DNA of 64,000 nt from Antechinus flavipes (Eukaryota). This document shows, one piece after another, positions 11,301 to 30,939 of this stretch. The translations under genes and the position numbers were made by a program. The first letter of the stretch is position 1. Every line of letters starts with the position of its first letter. The notes under the pieces were generated by a model. The model searched no databases, was not told where the DNA came from, and saw nothing but the letters and a program-made list of their open reading frames with translations. The stretch lies in NCBI RefSeq assembly GCF_016432865.1, contig NC_067401.1, positions 110,856,001-110,920,000 of the forward strand, written 5' to 3'.

Positions 11301-14300
11301 AGTTGAAGGAAACAAGGATGGTTAGTCCTGAGAAGAAAAGATTTAGTACTAAACTGTTCAGTAACTAAATGAGAAAGACATGCACAAGTGGGATACGCTT
11401 CCTGAGTTGGGAGGAGGGGAGAGGGCAGGGAGGGATGGATGACCACTTGGGGCTTTTTCTCCTCAATTATCAATCGTCCTAGATAGTTCCAGGAATTTCC
11501 TCCAACACGGAGATATTGTGATTCTGTCTTTTTGCTCACAGGCCCGGCATCTCGCTCTGTGGAACGGCTGAGGGAGATGATCAAAGCAGGGATGAACATT
11601 GCCAGGCTCAATTTTTCCCATGGCTCCCACGAGGTGCAGTGAGGGATGGGAGACATTGCTGCAGGAGCTGGGGGGAATTCTACCCGAGGGGTTTGGAGCA
11701 GAGCCTGGAGAGTTCATAAACTTATGGCCCGAGAGCCCTATCTTGATCCCTTTCTTCCCCGTCCCTCTCCCCAGTACCACGCTGAATCCATAGCCAACGT
11801 AAGAGAAGCTGTCGAGAGCTTCGCCGGCTCTTCCTTCAGCTACCGGCCTGTGGCCATAGCGCTGGACACCAAGGGGCCTGAGATCCGCACCGGGATCCTC
11901 CAGGGGGTGAGGCCCTGGGCAGTGAGAGAGCAGAGCGCTCCGGGAGGAACTAGGGCGGTTGGAACAAAGAAAGGAAGGGCGGGTACAGTCAGAGAGGGTA
12001 GAGCTGGCAAGAAGGGTGTGGGCAGGGCCAAATCGATCTAGGGTAGGGCCAATAACTTGGAATGGGGCTGAGGATTGGATGAGACTAGAGGAATGTGACC
12101 CAGAGATTACAGTACTTGGGATAGCTGAAACTACGTACCGGGAAGAATCGGATAAAGAGAAACCTGAGATGTGTGGGCGGGGACGTAATCAATAAGGGAT
12201 AGATAGACTTTAACAGGAAAGTATAGAAAGATATTCTCCAATGACCCGTACTATAAGAGCTCCTACCGAGAAGAAAGAAAGAAGAGTCCAGGATAAATTA
12301 TGGCTGGACACCAAGCCCCCGAATCCCAGCCCTATTCTTACTTCCCAATCCCTTCCCTAGGGCGCGGAGTCTGAAGTGGAGCTAGTGAAGGGTTCCCAGG
12401 TCCGGATTACAGTGGACCCGGCATTCCGGACTCGGGGGAATGCAAGCACTGTGTGGGTGGACTATCCCAATATAGTCCGAGTAGTGCCAGAGGGAGGCAG
12501 GATCTACATCGACGACGGTCTTATATCTCTGGTGGTTAAACATAAAGGTGAGCGAACTCGAGGTAGCCCCTAGCCTTACCGCCCCAATTCAGGCCACACC
12601 CCCTCGTCCTCGGACTTGCCGGCCGGATTTCCCCTTGTCGCCTCCCAACCATCGCTCCCCCTCCCAATCAGTTCCTCCCCGAGAATTTGTTCCTCCCCCA
12701 ACCCTTCCACCCAGCACCAAGGTATAATCTCAGGCCACACGCCTTCCTTTCAACCACGCCCCTTCAAACCCCACGGAATTGCCCCAAATGGCCTCTGTCT
12801 TAACTGGCTTCTGGAATTCCACAGAGCCAGAGGGGTTGCTGACTGAGGTGGAGAACGGCGGGATCCTGGGAAGCAGGAAGGGGGTGAACTTGCCCGGTGC
12901 AGAAGTGGATCTGCCGGGCTTGTCGGAGCAGGATGTGCTGGATCTGCGCTTCGGGGTGGAGCAAGGAGTGGACATCATCTTCGCATCCTTTATCCGAAAG
13001 GCCCAAGACGTGATCGCGGTACGAGAAGCGCTGGGTCCTCAGGGACAGAGCATCAAGATCATCAGCAAAATCGAGAACCACGAGGGCGTTGAGAAGTGAG
13101 GCTTCCAGCCCCTCGCCTTTTTTATCCCGCCCCCACCTCCAGCTCCCCGATTCCCCTTCTAGTGTGAATTGAACTGAACTGAAAAGCTCCCAACCCTCCC
13201 TTTCCCTGACTCTTTCCTCTGCTGTGCCCCGTCTTGGGCCCAAATTTCCCAGGTTTGATGAGATCCTGGAAGTGAGCGACGGCATCATGGTGGCAAGGGG
13301 TGACCTGGGCATCGAGATCCCCGCTGAGAAAGTCTTCTTGGCGCAGAAGATGATGATCGGACGCTGCAACTTGGCAGGCAAACCGGTTGTCTGTGCCACA
13401 CAGGTCTGCAAGAGAGCAGGGGTGCCGTAGGGATTGTGGGTGACTCTCCTGCTGTCACAGGGGATGGGGCGTCTCAGGGTCAGGAGATGGGAAAACAAGC
13501 CCGTGGAGTCCGCAGGAATGCCCGGGCTGGAAAGGGTGGGAAGGGAAGCATTAACCCTTGAGTCTTACTGAACGGCGCTTCCAGATGCTGGAAAGCATGA
13601 TCACCAAGGCCCGACCGACCCGAGCAGAAACAAGCGACGTGGCCAATGCCGTACTGGACGGAGCTGACTGTATCATGTTGTCTGGGGAGACGGCCAAAGG
13701 GAATTACCCTGTCGAGGCTGTGAAGATGCAACATGCGGTATGGGGCTGATGGGGAATATGGAATGTTCCTGCGGTCCAGAGATCGGGGCCATTCAGGCCA
13801 GATATCAGGACCTGAGCCTGACCCCCTGGTACTTTCAGATTGCTCGGGAGGCAGAGGCTGCTGTCTATCACCGGCAACTCTTTGAAGAACTTCGTAGGGC
13901 AGCTCCCCTAAGCCGGGACCCTACCGAGGTCACTGCCATTGGTGCTGTGGAGGCTTCCTTCAAGTGCTGCGCTGCTGCTATAATTGTGCTGACAACATCT
14001 GGCCGGTGAGAGACCGCCTGGCTACCCAGGGAGGTGGGGAAATAGACATTAGGGACAGAGAGGCTGGCTGAACATCTAAAGGCACAGAGAGTAGGGCAAA
14101 AGCACTGGAATTAATGATATGGAAAAGACCTAATACCAATGCCCAATATTTGTAAAGGGCTTTAGTTTTAGTTAGTTTGTTTGTCTTCAAAATATTTTCA
14201 TAGCCATTACCCTATGTGATTCTTACAGCACTGATTGTAGGATGTATAGAATGAGGAAATGAAGCTTGAAGAGATCAACACAGAGAGTCAGTGGCAGAGA

Positions 14301-15597
14301 CTGGATCAGAAATCAGATCTCCTGGTTCACAGTAAGTTCCACTCCTGATCCACTGAGCTACATACTCTGTCACCCTCAGCTCGGCACAACTCCTGTCTCG
14401 TTACCGTCCCCGGGCTGCTGTCATCGCGGTCACCCGTTCTGCTCAGACTGCCCGCCAGGTCCATCTGTGTCGTGGTGTTTTTCCTTTGCTCTACCGTGAC
14501 CCTCCTCAACCTGTCTGGACTGATGATGTCGACCACCGTGTCCAATTTGGCATTGAAAGTGGTGAGGCTTCCATGGCTCTTCCCAAGTTTCTGCTTCCCT
14601 CACCCAAGACAACCTCCTCTCTCCCTAGTGCCTTCCAGGCATTTGTTTCCATAGCAACTCTCCAATACCATTCTTCCACTACACCCAACTCCTCTCATCC
14701 CCTGAGACTTTTTATTAGGGTTCCTTTGTATAACAAGCCACCTAGCCTAGTTGATATGAAAGCATGTGATAAAGGGACTGATTTATTTTCTTCTCTTAAA
14801 TCTGGGGGAAGAGCTAGTGCATAATGTCATCACCTTGCATTGTTGGGGAGATTTTGTTATTGCCAAGACCAGGTAGAAGGAACTGCACACTATCTTAGAG
14901 ACTAATCATCAATAATTTAATGGTCAGGTAATCTGATTGAGGGGACAACGTAAGGTTATTGCTATATAGGTGACTGCTGTATACCAGTGATATAGCTATA
15001 ACAGAAATTATTCGTGCTAAGAAGTTGGCAAGCATACTTAAATTTATATTTATTGTAAGAGGCAAGCAAATCCTGTTAGAGTCCTCTAAATGTTTCTTTC
15101 CAGGAACAGAGCCCTGTTCACTCCTTAGCTGTTGTTCTGTTTAGGAAGGCAACAGTTGGGAGAAGTAGCCTTTAGCTACAAGGTCTAAAAACCACCTATG
15201 ACAGCTCACATTGCAGCAATGTCAGTTTGTTACCTCATCCAAGTCATCCCCACCTCCCACCCCCATCTTCTGTCAACAAAGACAACACAAGTGGGATTGA
15301 GACAGACTATTAGGGTAACAATGCTTCCTTCCAAACTTGTCATGCTCCCTGGCATCCAGTGAAACACTATAATACTATAGATCTCTGGGGATTGGTAGGC
15401 TGAGGAGTTGGGAGGGACTGAGAATTAATTTTATAACTCAGGTTATCCAAGGTATTATTTCACATCCCCATCCCCTTCTTCTCTACCCAGGGAAGCTCCG
15501 TGGTTTCCTTCGAGTCGGGGACCTGGTGATTGTGGTGACAGGCTGGCGACCTGGCTCAGGTTATACAAACATCATGAGGGTGCTAAGTGTATCTTGA
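5396..15597 (+). CDS. PKLR: Pyruvate kinase, erythrocyte R isoform (573 aa)
   Basis: join(5396-5492,6718-6900,11542-11633,11775-11906,12361-12547,12825-13095,13253-13403,13585-13737,13839-14005,14380-14561,15491-15597) = 1722 nt, all introns GT-AG. Motifs: [61 protein letters not shown]. Confidence 0.97.
6131..6229 (+). promoter_or_regulatory. PKLR: PKLR liver (L) promoter: ChoRE, HNF4 DR1 and HNF1 sites
   Basis: CACGGG-AAGCT-CCCGTG 6131-6147; TGAACTCTGCCCC 6153-6165; GGTAATACTTTAACC 6215-6229. Same order as the rat L4/L3/L1 boxes. Confidence 0.88.
6312..15597 (+). CDS. PKLR: Pyruvate kinase, liver L isoform (543 aa), alternative first exon
   Basis: Micro coding exon ATGGAGG 6312-6318 followed by GTAGGC splices to 6718, giving [13 protein letters not shown]; remaining exons shared with the R form (1632 nt). 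Confidence 0.93.
7700..9750 (-). mobile_element. Degenerate L2/MIR mosaic in the long PKLR intron
   Basis: Purine-rich reverse-complement L2-like text (AAACATTTA..AAATGCCTACTATGTG; GAGATGT..ATAGGCAATTGGA); boundaries approximate. Confidence 0.5.
9790..10560 (-). mobile_element. CR1/L3 fragment interrupted by a MIR (about 10105-10370)
   Basis: CATCCAGTCTTTGCTTAAATACT..TCCAAGGCAGCC and GGTACTCAGAACT..ACAGCATT resemble CR1/L3; MIR head and core lie between them. Confidence 0.55.
11010..11270 (-). mobile_element. Marsupial CORE-SINE (Mar1/Mon-like)
   Basis: GCAAAGATACTGAAGTGATTTGCCATTTCCTTCTC..CATTTTACAGACGAGGAAACCGAGG..TTTGAACTCAGG pattern. Confidence 0.6.
11540..14060. other. Intragenic CpG-rich domain over the middle PKLR exons
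   Basis: Frequent CG dinucleotides in exons and short introns, in contrast to the CpG-poor 6900-11500 intron; judged by eye. Confidence 0.6.
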
Positions 15598-15864
15598 GGC
15601 TCTATGTTCCCATAAATCATATACCTGTACCTGAGTCCTCAAGACCATGTTCCAAAATAGATGAATTCCCCCACCCAATATCACATCCCTTTATATAGAC
15701 CTTCTCCCAACTGTAAGAGATAACTCCTCCATTTGCTACCCACCTGCAGAAATTTCATCCCTTTGTAGTTCTCAGGGACCACAGTCCCTTTTCTAGCTCT
15801 TAGGTCCTGTCCCTGGGGGCCCTTCTCTGTCACCAGATTTCATAGTTCCTGGAAGCTTACATTC

Positions 15865-15870
15865 AATAAA
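15865..15870 (+). terminator. PKLR: PKLR polyadenylation signal
   Basis: AATAAA about 270 nt after the stop codon. Confidence 0.75.
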
Positions 15871-16519
15871 CTGTCATCCTCAATTGTGTCTGTACATGCC
15901 TGAATCCAATCCCCATCCAACCCTGGATCCTAAAATGCCCTAAGCCATTGGTCTCAGCTCAGCTGAGTCCAGAATCCCTCTACCTACCCAATAATGGGGG
16001 AATAAAAGAGATGATATAGAGGAGAGAGCATCACATGTTCAGGGAATCCCTGGATTCCTTACATAGAAAAAGTAATGCCTTTTTCTCAGAAGGTTCAAAT
16101 CTTGCACCCTCATTCATTAACTCATTAGTTGCTGCCAAGATGCAAACAATTGGACTCATAGAATCACAAGGTACAGAGCTGGAAAGGAGCTTAAAACTGA
16201 TCTAGTCCTGATTCTAAGGCTTAGAGAGGCAATCTAAATATCAAGTGGGAGAGTCAAGTTTTGAAACCAGCTCCTCTGATCCCAGAAGTAGCATTACTTT
16301 TATGACACCACACAGATTTCTAGGAAATCATCATCCAAAGTCATAGCCAACTTCCTTGCCCATCTGGTCTGTTGTTCCCCAGACAATGCTCACCCTCTAC
16401 TGCTTCAGTGCCCACTCTATCATTTGCCTTTTTCCCCAATCTAGTGTTCATATGCCTACTCTAAAGCCCATTGCTGTACCCCATGCATACCAGGAAACAA
16501 AAAGAACATATTTTTCTTT

Positions 16520-16536
16520 TATATATATATATATAT
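16520..16536. repeat. (TA)n microsatellite
   Basis: Direct reading. Confidence 0.8.
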
Positions 16537-17782
16537 TTAACTATCTGTAAACAAACATTTAAAAAAACAATAAAATAATTCATCCACATACATACACACA
16601 CCAAAAATCCCAGAGCCCAGAGCTTGGCAGGGGAGCTGTATGCCAGAATTCTGGCTATTGTTCTTCCTATGCTAATGCTATTATGGAGGGGAAGACAGGA
16701 ATGGAGGGGGAAGTTGGGGGGCTTCCTGTATCCCTGAGAAGGCAGAGGTGCTGGCTGGTTCTGCCCCTCCCCTACCCTGTTCCCTTCTTTCCCCCACTTC
16801 GTAGCTTAGATTCTCACTCTTTCCCCACTTTCTCACAGCATAGGAAAAAAAAAAGACACCTAAAAATAAAAACTGCTCTGCGCCTAACCCTGGTAGCCCT
16901 TCCCTCCCCCTGGGATGGATGGATGGGGAACTGAAGTCTTAGTATTGCTGATGGAGCCAGACAAGGACCACAGAGCTGGCATGAAGAGGGAGTGGATCCC
17001 CCACTTTCTTTCCCACTCCCCCTGAGAGGACGATATATAAATAAATCACTAATTACCTAAGGATTCAGCTGCTGATCCCCAAAGGGGCTCCTAGGCTGGC
17101 ACATTCATTAGGGAGGGGCTGGACATCCCCCTTCCCTAGGGGCACAACTGGTTAGGAGCACAAGGGGGGGAGAAGGGGGAAGAGATGTGGCTCTTTGTTC
17201 ACAAGAAGCTTTTTCTAAAACAAAGATAGGATTGAGGAAAGCTGGCAAGAGATGCCCATTTGGGCAAGAGGTGTCTATTCATTGAGAGGGCCGTAGACGG
17301 GTAAGTGCCTACAAGTGGCAGTGAGGAGAGCAGGTGGATGCCCACACAAGGGGCATGAGGCCTGTGGTTTGGCAGTGATGGGGAACAGGAAGGTAGCCAC
17401 GCTGGGCCGTGAGGGGACTCTGCCCTCAAAGGGCTCACGAGCAGAGGAATGCAGGAGCTGGCAGAAGAGAAGACATCTTTCTACTTGGCAGGGATGAGGA
17501 TATGAAGATCCTCGCGCCTCGTTGAATGGGGAAGGGGGAAGGAAAGAGTGTCTGTCTGGGGAGGTCTGATGGCCAGGGGAAGGCTCTAGCATGGGCGTGG
17601 AGATGCTTCTGTTTGGCAGAGATGGAGGTGTAGTGGCCGGAGGAGGCCAAACTAAGGGTCACACAGACTTCCAGTGTGATGGAGACAGCCATGGAATGTG
17701 ATGCTTTGTCTGTGGTACCCACAGATGCCAAAGCAGTCGCGCCTGCTCTTCTGAGAATCAGGGTGAGACGCAGCCAGGAGTC

Positions 17783-25564
<7,782 letters not shown>

Positions 25565-26369
25565 GGTGGCAGTCCCCCCCTTTCCCCTTCACAACCTCGG
25601 CCTCCCGGCCCCCAAAGAAGCCATGGCGACCCCGCCCCCGCCCCCGCAGCTCCGGGAGCCAGAGCTGAGCCCTAGCCTAACCGGAGCCGGAGCCGGCGGC
25701 GCAGCCCCGCGGGCTAGGAGCGGAGGCGGCGGGGCGGGCGGCAGCACCCAGCTGCCGGCGCTTGGGGCGGAGGGGGTGTGTGTGACGGGCGGGAAGAGGG
25801 GCGGAGACGGGGCCGGCCTGCAGAGAGGAGCGACGCCCCCAGGCGGGAGCTGAAGGGAGCGGGAGGCGGGACGAGTTCAGCGATCCAGTAGAGAAGGAGG
25901 GCCGGGTCTCAGCATCCTTGGGCTGAGTGGGGCGGGCTCCAGCGCTGAGCGGGAGAGCCTTGGAAGAACAGAATAAAGTGTGTCCCGCCAGAAAGCCAGG
26001 GAGGTGTGGGGAGCTGTCCGGAGCCCAGAGTTCTGGAGTGTGGCGTACGCTGGCCCAGCCGGGACAGAAAAGGGAGACTGTTGGGGGTGGAGTGAGGGGA
26101 GCGGGTAGCCTGCCCTCCGTCTGCAACTGCAGCCAATGTCCTGAAACCCGACCTCAGATTAACGCCCCATTTACAGTGGGTCTTCTGCTCGTGATCTTTC
26201 AGCTTCCCCTTGGGACTCATCCTACCACCCATAACCCCAAATTCCTCACTCCCGCCACCGACTAGCTGCTTTGCCTACTACTCTACTTCTTGATCCGAGG
26301 CTTTTTTGGTTATTTTGCTAGTAATCCCGGAGCCCTCTCAGCTTCTGGTTGTCCTCTATCCATGAACTT

Positions 26370-26575
26370 ACATGATTTAGTGGCTAGAGTTGACCTTGGA
26401 ATCAAGTTCAAATTCTGCCTCAGGCACTTACTGCGTAATGCAGCGCAAGTCACAACCTCCCAGTCTCAGTTTCCTCATCTGTAAAATGGAGATTGAAATA
26501 GCACTTTTTAAAAGTTAAAAAACTGCCTCAGAGTTGAAGATCAAATGAAACATTTGCCAACCTTAAAGCAGATAT
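26370..26575 (+). mobile_element. MIR-type SINE
   Basis: AGTTCAAATTCTGCCTCAG..CTCAGTTTCCTCATCTGTAAAATGG core. Confidence 0.7.
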
Positions 26576-27144
26576 CAGCTATTATCCCCAGCTCCTTTCT
26601 TTTTGTCCATAACCTTCCCATCCTTCTCCTATGCCTCCATGTAGCTTTGTTTCCTTTTATCCTAACACTAGACCTGCTCTTTAACCCTATGCTCTCCTGC
26701 CCATTACAAATCCTCTTTTTAATGATTCATCACCCTATCCCCAAGTGCTCTGGGGCTTCTTTAAGTCCCATTCTGTATCTAATCTTGCACTGGAAATAGA
26801 GGTCCTGGTTTTGAATCCTGGCTCTCCCACTTGCAACTTGTGTGAAAAAAGCAAGTAATTTCCCCTTTGTTGGTCTCAGTTTCTCCATTCTAAAAATAAT
26901 AGGGTTGGACCAAGGACCTTTTCTGTTCTAAATCTGATCAATTTCTGAGCACTTTACCTCTTCCCTTTTCACTAAAACAATCCTCAGCTCACCTCATTAA
27001 ATTTCATCTTTATCTCTTCCAAATGATGATTAATCTCAGCTCTCTCTCTGATGTCTCCTCAAGTCCTTCTATCCTATCCTTCATACTCTTATAAAAAAAA
27101 TTACGAGTCAACACTAACATTTCAATATCCCCAAAATTACATAT

Positions 27145-27970
27145 CGATGAGGCTTAGGTTTTGGGGTTCCCTTCTGTCGGGGAACCAAATGATGAGATCT
27201 AGATTTAGGGAACCAAAATGAGGTTAGGGTTCCTGGTGGTCAGGGAGTTAAATAATGAAGTCTAGTGGCAGGTTTGGGGTTCAGTGAACCAAATGGAGAG
27301 GTTTGGCTCCCCTACACCCCTTAGGATTTGGGACAAGGGTAAGCAGTTTTGGAGAACCTCCTTTTTGGTGGTGCAGAGATTCTCTGTAAAGGAATTTACA
27401 AACCCGAAAACCTAGATTGATAAAAGAAGTTTATTATTGGCATTGGGAAGTCAGTCTTTCCTCTGCATGAACAGAAAGGCTGACTTCCTTAGTAGCAAGA
27501 TCCCAACAGAAAGTAAAGTAGTGGAGGAATCCTGGCAGAGAAGTAAAGTTTCTAGTAGAAAGATCCTGACAGAGAGGCATACAATCTTGTTAGGGTAATA
27601 GATGAAGATAAAGAGAGAATAACATTCTCTCTAGTCTAATAGGCAGAAGTTTCCTTGTCATAGCATGGCATGGCATGTTAGGACTTCTGCAAAGAAGTGA
27701 GTTCCAAGTTGCAGTTTTTATAAGGAAATCTGAGACAGAAGTTTCAATTGAATGAGATTTTCTCAATGCTGTCACTGCACCCAGGCCAAGATGAGACCAC
27801 TTGCTGGGAGTAGTTGAGCCAACAACAGGGGGTAGAAAATCTTGGAACTGAATGCTTCAACTAGTCCCACTAAGATAACAGAATATTTCCCTCAGGCAGG
27901 GTCCCACAGACACAAGGTTCAAAGAGAATCTCTCCTTCAAGGAGTTTTAGAGAGTTTTGGGGTCCCTTCA
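27145..27970 (-). mobile_element. ERV1-like LTR, family copy 2
   Basis: Exact 4-bp TSD ATAT (27141-27144 / 27971-27974); minus strand begins TGAAGGGACC and ends CCTCATCG; TATAAAA 27716-27722 and AATAAA 27430-27435 on minus; homologous to 2339-3142. Confidence 0.88.
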
Positions 27971-28027
27971 ATATGAACCTATGAGTTTCTATGACATAGT
28001 ATGAGTTTTGAAAATATAGGTAATACT

Positions 28028-29365
28028 TAACACCATATACCAAGATAAGATCAAAATGGGTCTGTGATTTAGGCATAAAGAATGAGATCATAAATAAATT
28101 AGAGGAACATACCTCTCAGACTTGTGGAGGAGGAAGAAATTTGTGACCAAAGAAGAACTAGAGATCATCATTGATCACAAAATAGAAAATTTTTATTATA
28201 TCAAATTAAAAGGCCTTTCTACAAACAAAACTAATGCAGACAAGATTAGAAGGGAAGCAACAAACTGAGAAACCATTTTTACAGTTAAAGGCCTTTATCA
28301 CTAAAGGCCTCATTTCCAAAATATATAGAAAATTGACTCTACAAGAATCAAGCCATTGTCCAATCGATAAATGGTCAAAGGATATGAATAGACAATTTTC
28401 AGATGATGAAAGGATATGAAAGAGTGTCCCAAATCACTATTGATCAGAGAAATGCAAATTAAGACAACTCTGAGATACCACTACATACTTATCAGATTGG
28501 CTAAGATGATAGGAAAAAATAATGATGAATGTTGGAGAAGCAGGAAAATTGGGACATTGATGCATTGTTGGTGAGGTTGTGAATGAATCCAATCATTCTG
28601 GAGAGCAATTTGGAATTATGCTCAAAAAGTTATCAAACTGTGCAGACAACTTTGATCCAGCAGTGCTACTACTAGGCTTATATTCCAAAGAAATACTAAA
28701 GAAGGGAAAGGGACCTGTATATATCAAAATGTTTGTGGCGGCCTGTTTGTAGTGGCTAGAAACTGGAAAATGAATGGATGCCCATCAATTGGAGAATGGT
28801 TGGGTAAATTGTGGTATATGAATGTTATGGAATATTATTGTTCTGTAAGAAATAACCAGCAGGATAAATATAGAGAGGCTTGGAGAGACTTACATGAACT
28901 GATGCTAAGTGAAATGAGCAGAACCAGGAGATCATTATATACTTCAACAATACTATATGAGGATGTATTCTGATGGAAGTGGATTTCTTTGACAAAGAGA
29001 AGATCTAATTCAGTTCCACTTGATCAATGATAGACAGAAGCAGCTATACCCAAAGAAAAAACACTGGAAAATGATTGTAAACTATTTGCATTCTTGTTTT
29101 TCTTCCTAGGTTATTTTAATCTTCTGAATCCAATTCTTCCTGTGCAACAAGAGAACTGTTCAGTTCTGCACATATATATTGTATCTAGGATATACTATAA
29201 CATATTTAACATGTATAAGACTGCTTGCCATCTAGGGGAGGGGATGGATGGAAGGGAAAGTCGGAACAGAAGTGAGTGCAAAGGATAATGTAAAAAAAAT
29301 TACCCAGGCATATGTTCTGTCAATAAAAAGTTACAATTTTTAAAAAAGACATTAAAAAATAAAAT
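28028..29365 (+). mobile_element. 5'-truncated LINE-1, same subfamily as 1-2104
   Basis: ORF2 C-terminus ending EDVF*, matching 3'UTR and A-rich tail; 17-bp TSD with one mismatch (AAAATATAGGTAATACT 28011-28027 / AAAATATAGGTACTACT 29366-29382). Confidence 0.93.
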
Positions 29366-30268
29366 AAAATATAGGTACTACTCCTATCTCATGCTGTTTG
29401 TATTCCATGTTTAATTCTTCCTACCCCCAGTTCCATTTCCAACTTTTTTCAGTTTTTCCTCCAGTTCTATTTTTTATGTGAGCCTTCATTCATCAGTTGC
29501 CCAATCCTTCTAACTACCCTCCCCTGTGCTTTTCTGACTGATGGTGGAGAGTTTGACCCCCATTGTTTCTCAATGATACTTTCAGCTCCCAAATCTGCCA
29601 TTTCATCCTTTCTCTTGATCCTCCCTCCTCTGTGCTTTGAGACTGAAAATGTTTTTCAGCAGCTAAAAGATCTAGAGGATTGGACTATAAGAATTCAGGC
29701 TGCGTCTGAAAGCCACTTACAGAACACTTATTGAATGTCCAGCACTCTTCTAGAAATGACCTTACAGGCCAGTGGACACTGCACACACATGTGAGAGTAA
29801 TCAGGATTGATGGGATTGGAGAGAGATGAATCTCTGCTTTTTTGGAGGACTAGGGAGATTTTCCAATGCCTGGTGTTCACTCTTGAGGAGGAGAAAATCA
29901 GTCCTTCTCACACAATGGGTCAATTAGTCAGCGAATAAACAACTATAATAAATACTGTGTTCCAGGCACTGAGCTAAGCACTGGGATAGAGTAAAAAGGC
30001 AGTTCTTGCCCTCAAGGAGTTTGAAAATCTAATGGAAGAGACAACCAGCAAATAATTATGCATCAACAAACTATATAAAGGATAAATAGGAAGTAAATAA
30101 CCGAAGAAAGACTTTAGAATTGAGGAGTTCAGAAAGGCTTCCAGTAGAAATTACAATTTTAAGTGAGATTTAAAAGGAAATCAAGAAATAGGCAGATAGA
30201 ATACCACAGATTCTCTTCTAGGAGAGTCCTGGATCCATTACAGAAATAGATGAAAGTAAGGACTCCTG

Positions 30269-30867
30269 TGTAATGTTCTCTAAAATGTAATCTTCTCTGG
30301 GAGTAGGTTTCTCTGGGGGCTTCTGGGAGCAGCCTTCATTTCAGTTCAGTTCAGTAATCACCCCAAATGCAGCTAGGTATTAAAGTCCAAATCCTCCACT
30401 GTCTCTTTCCAAGTTTTATCTCCTTTCCTGCGGCCCTGTTAGCTTTCTTAGAGGTCTTCTGTAGTCTTGGTTCCAAGAGCTTGAGCTCTGGCTTTTGAAT
30501 CTCCTGGACTCCCAGGGGTTTATGCTTCAGCCTCCATCCACAACAAAGGTGGAAGATGGAATGAATCTGTCTCAGCCTCAGAGAGCTTGTCCTTTCTGGC
30601 CCTGAGAGCTCCCCCTTATATGCCCCACACTGAGTATACACCAATCATTATATCACTAGGAAACCAATTTTTGTTGTAGGATTAAATCAATGCTAAACTA
30701 GATTTAACCATTGTCTCCTCAATTCCACTAAGTACCTTGTTTCAAGTTCTGGCCTGTAACATCTGGTAAGATTAAATCAATCATACTGAACCATGCTAAA
30801 TTAGATAACTATTGTCTCTATCAATTCCACTGACTTAGCACCTTGTTTCAAGTTCTGGCCCATAACA
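30269..30867 (-). mobile_element. Solo LTR (third family, ERVK-like 6-bp TSD)
   Basis: TG...CA termini; exact TSD CTCCTG (30263-30268 / 30868-30873); CCAAT 30641-30645 and minus-strand CATATAAG 30615-30622; duplicated terminal ~100 bp. Confidence 0.88.
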
Positions 30868-30879
30868 CTCCTGGAAGTC

Positions 30880-30903
30880 TTTTTTTTTTTTTTTTTTTTT
30901 TTT
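30880..30903. repeat. Poly-T tract
   Basis: Direct reading. Confidence 0.8.
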
Positions 30904-30939
30904 TAAAGTTAGTGCTGAGTGCTGGAGTAGAAGGCAAAA

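Noticed and set aside
12800-13498. 232-aa antisense ORF over PKLR exons
   Set aside because: Shadow ORF of GC-rich coding sequence with no independent features.
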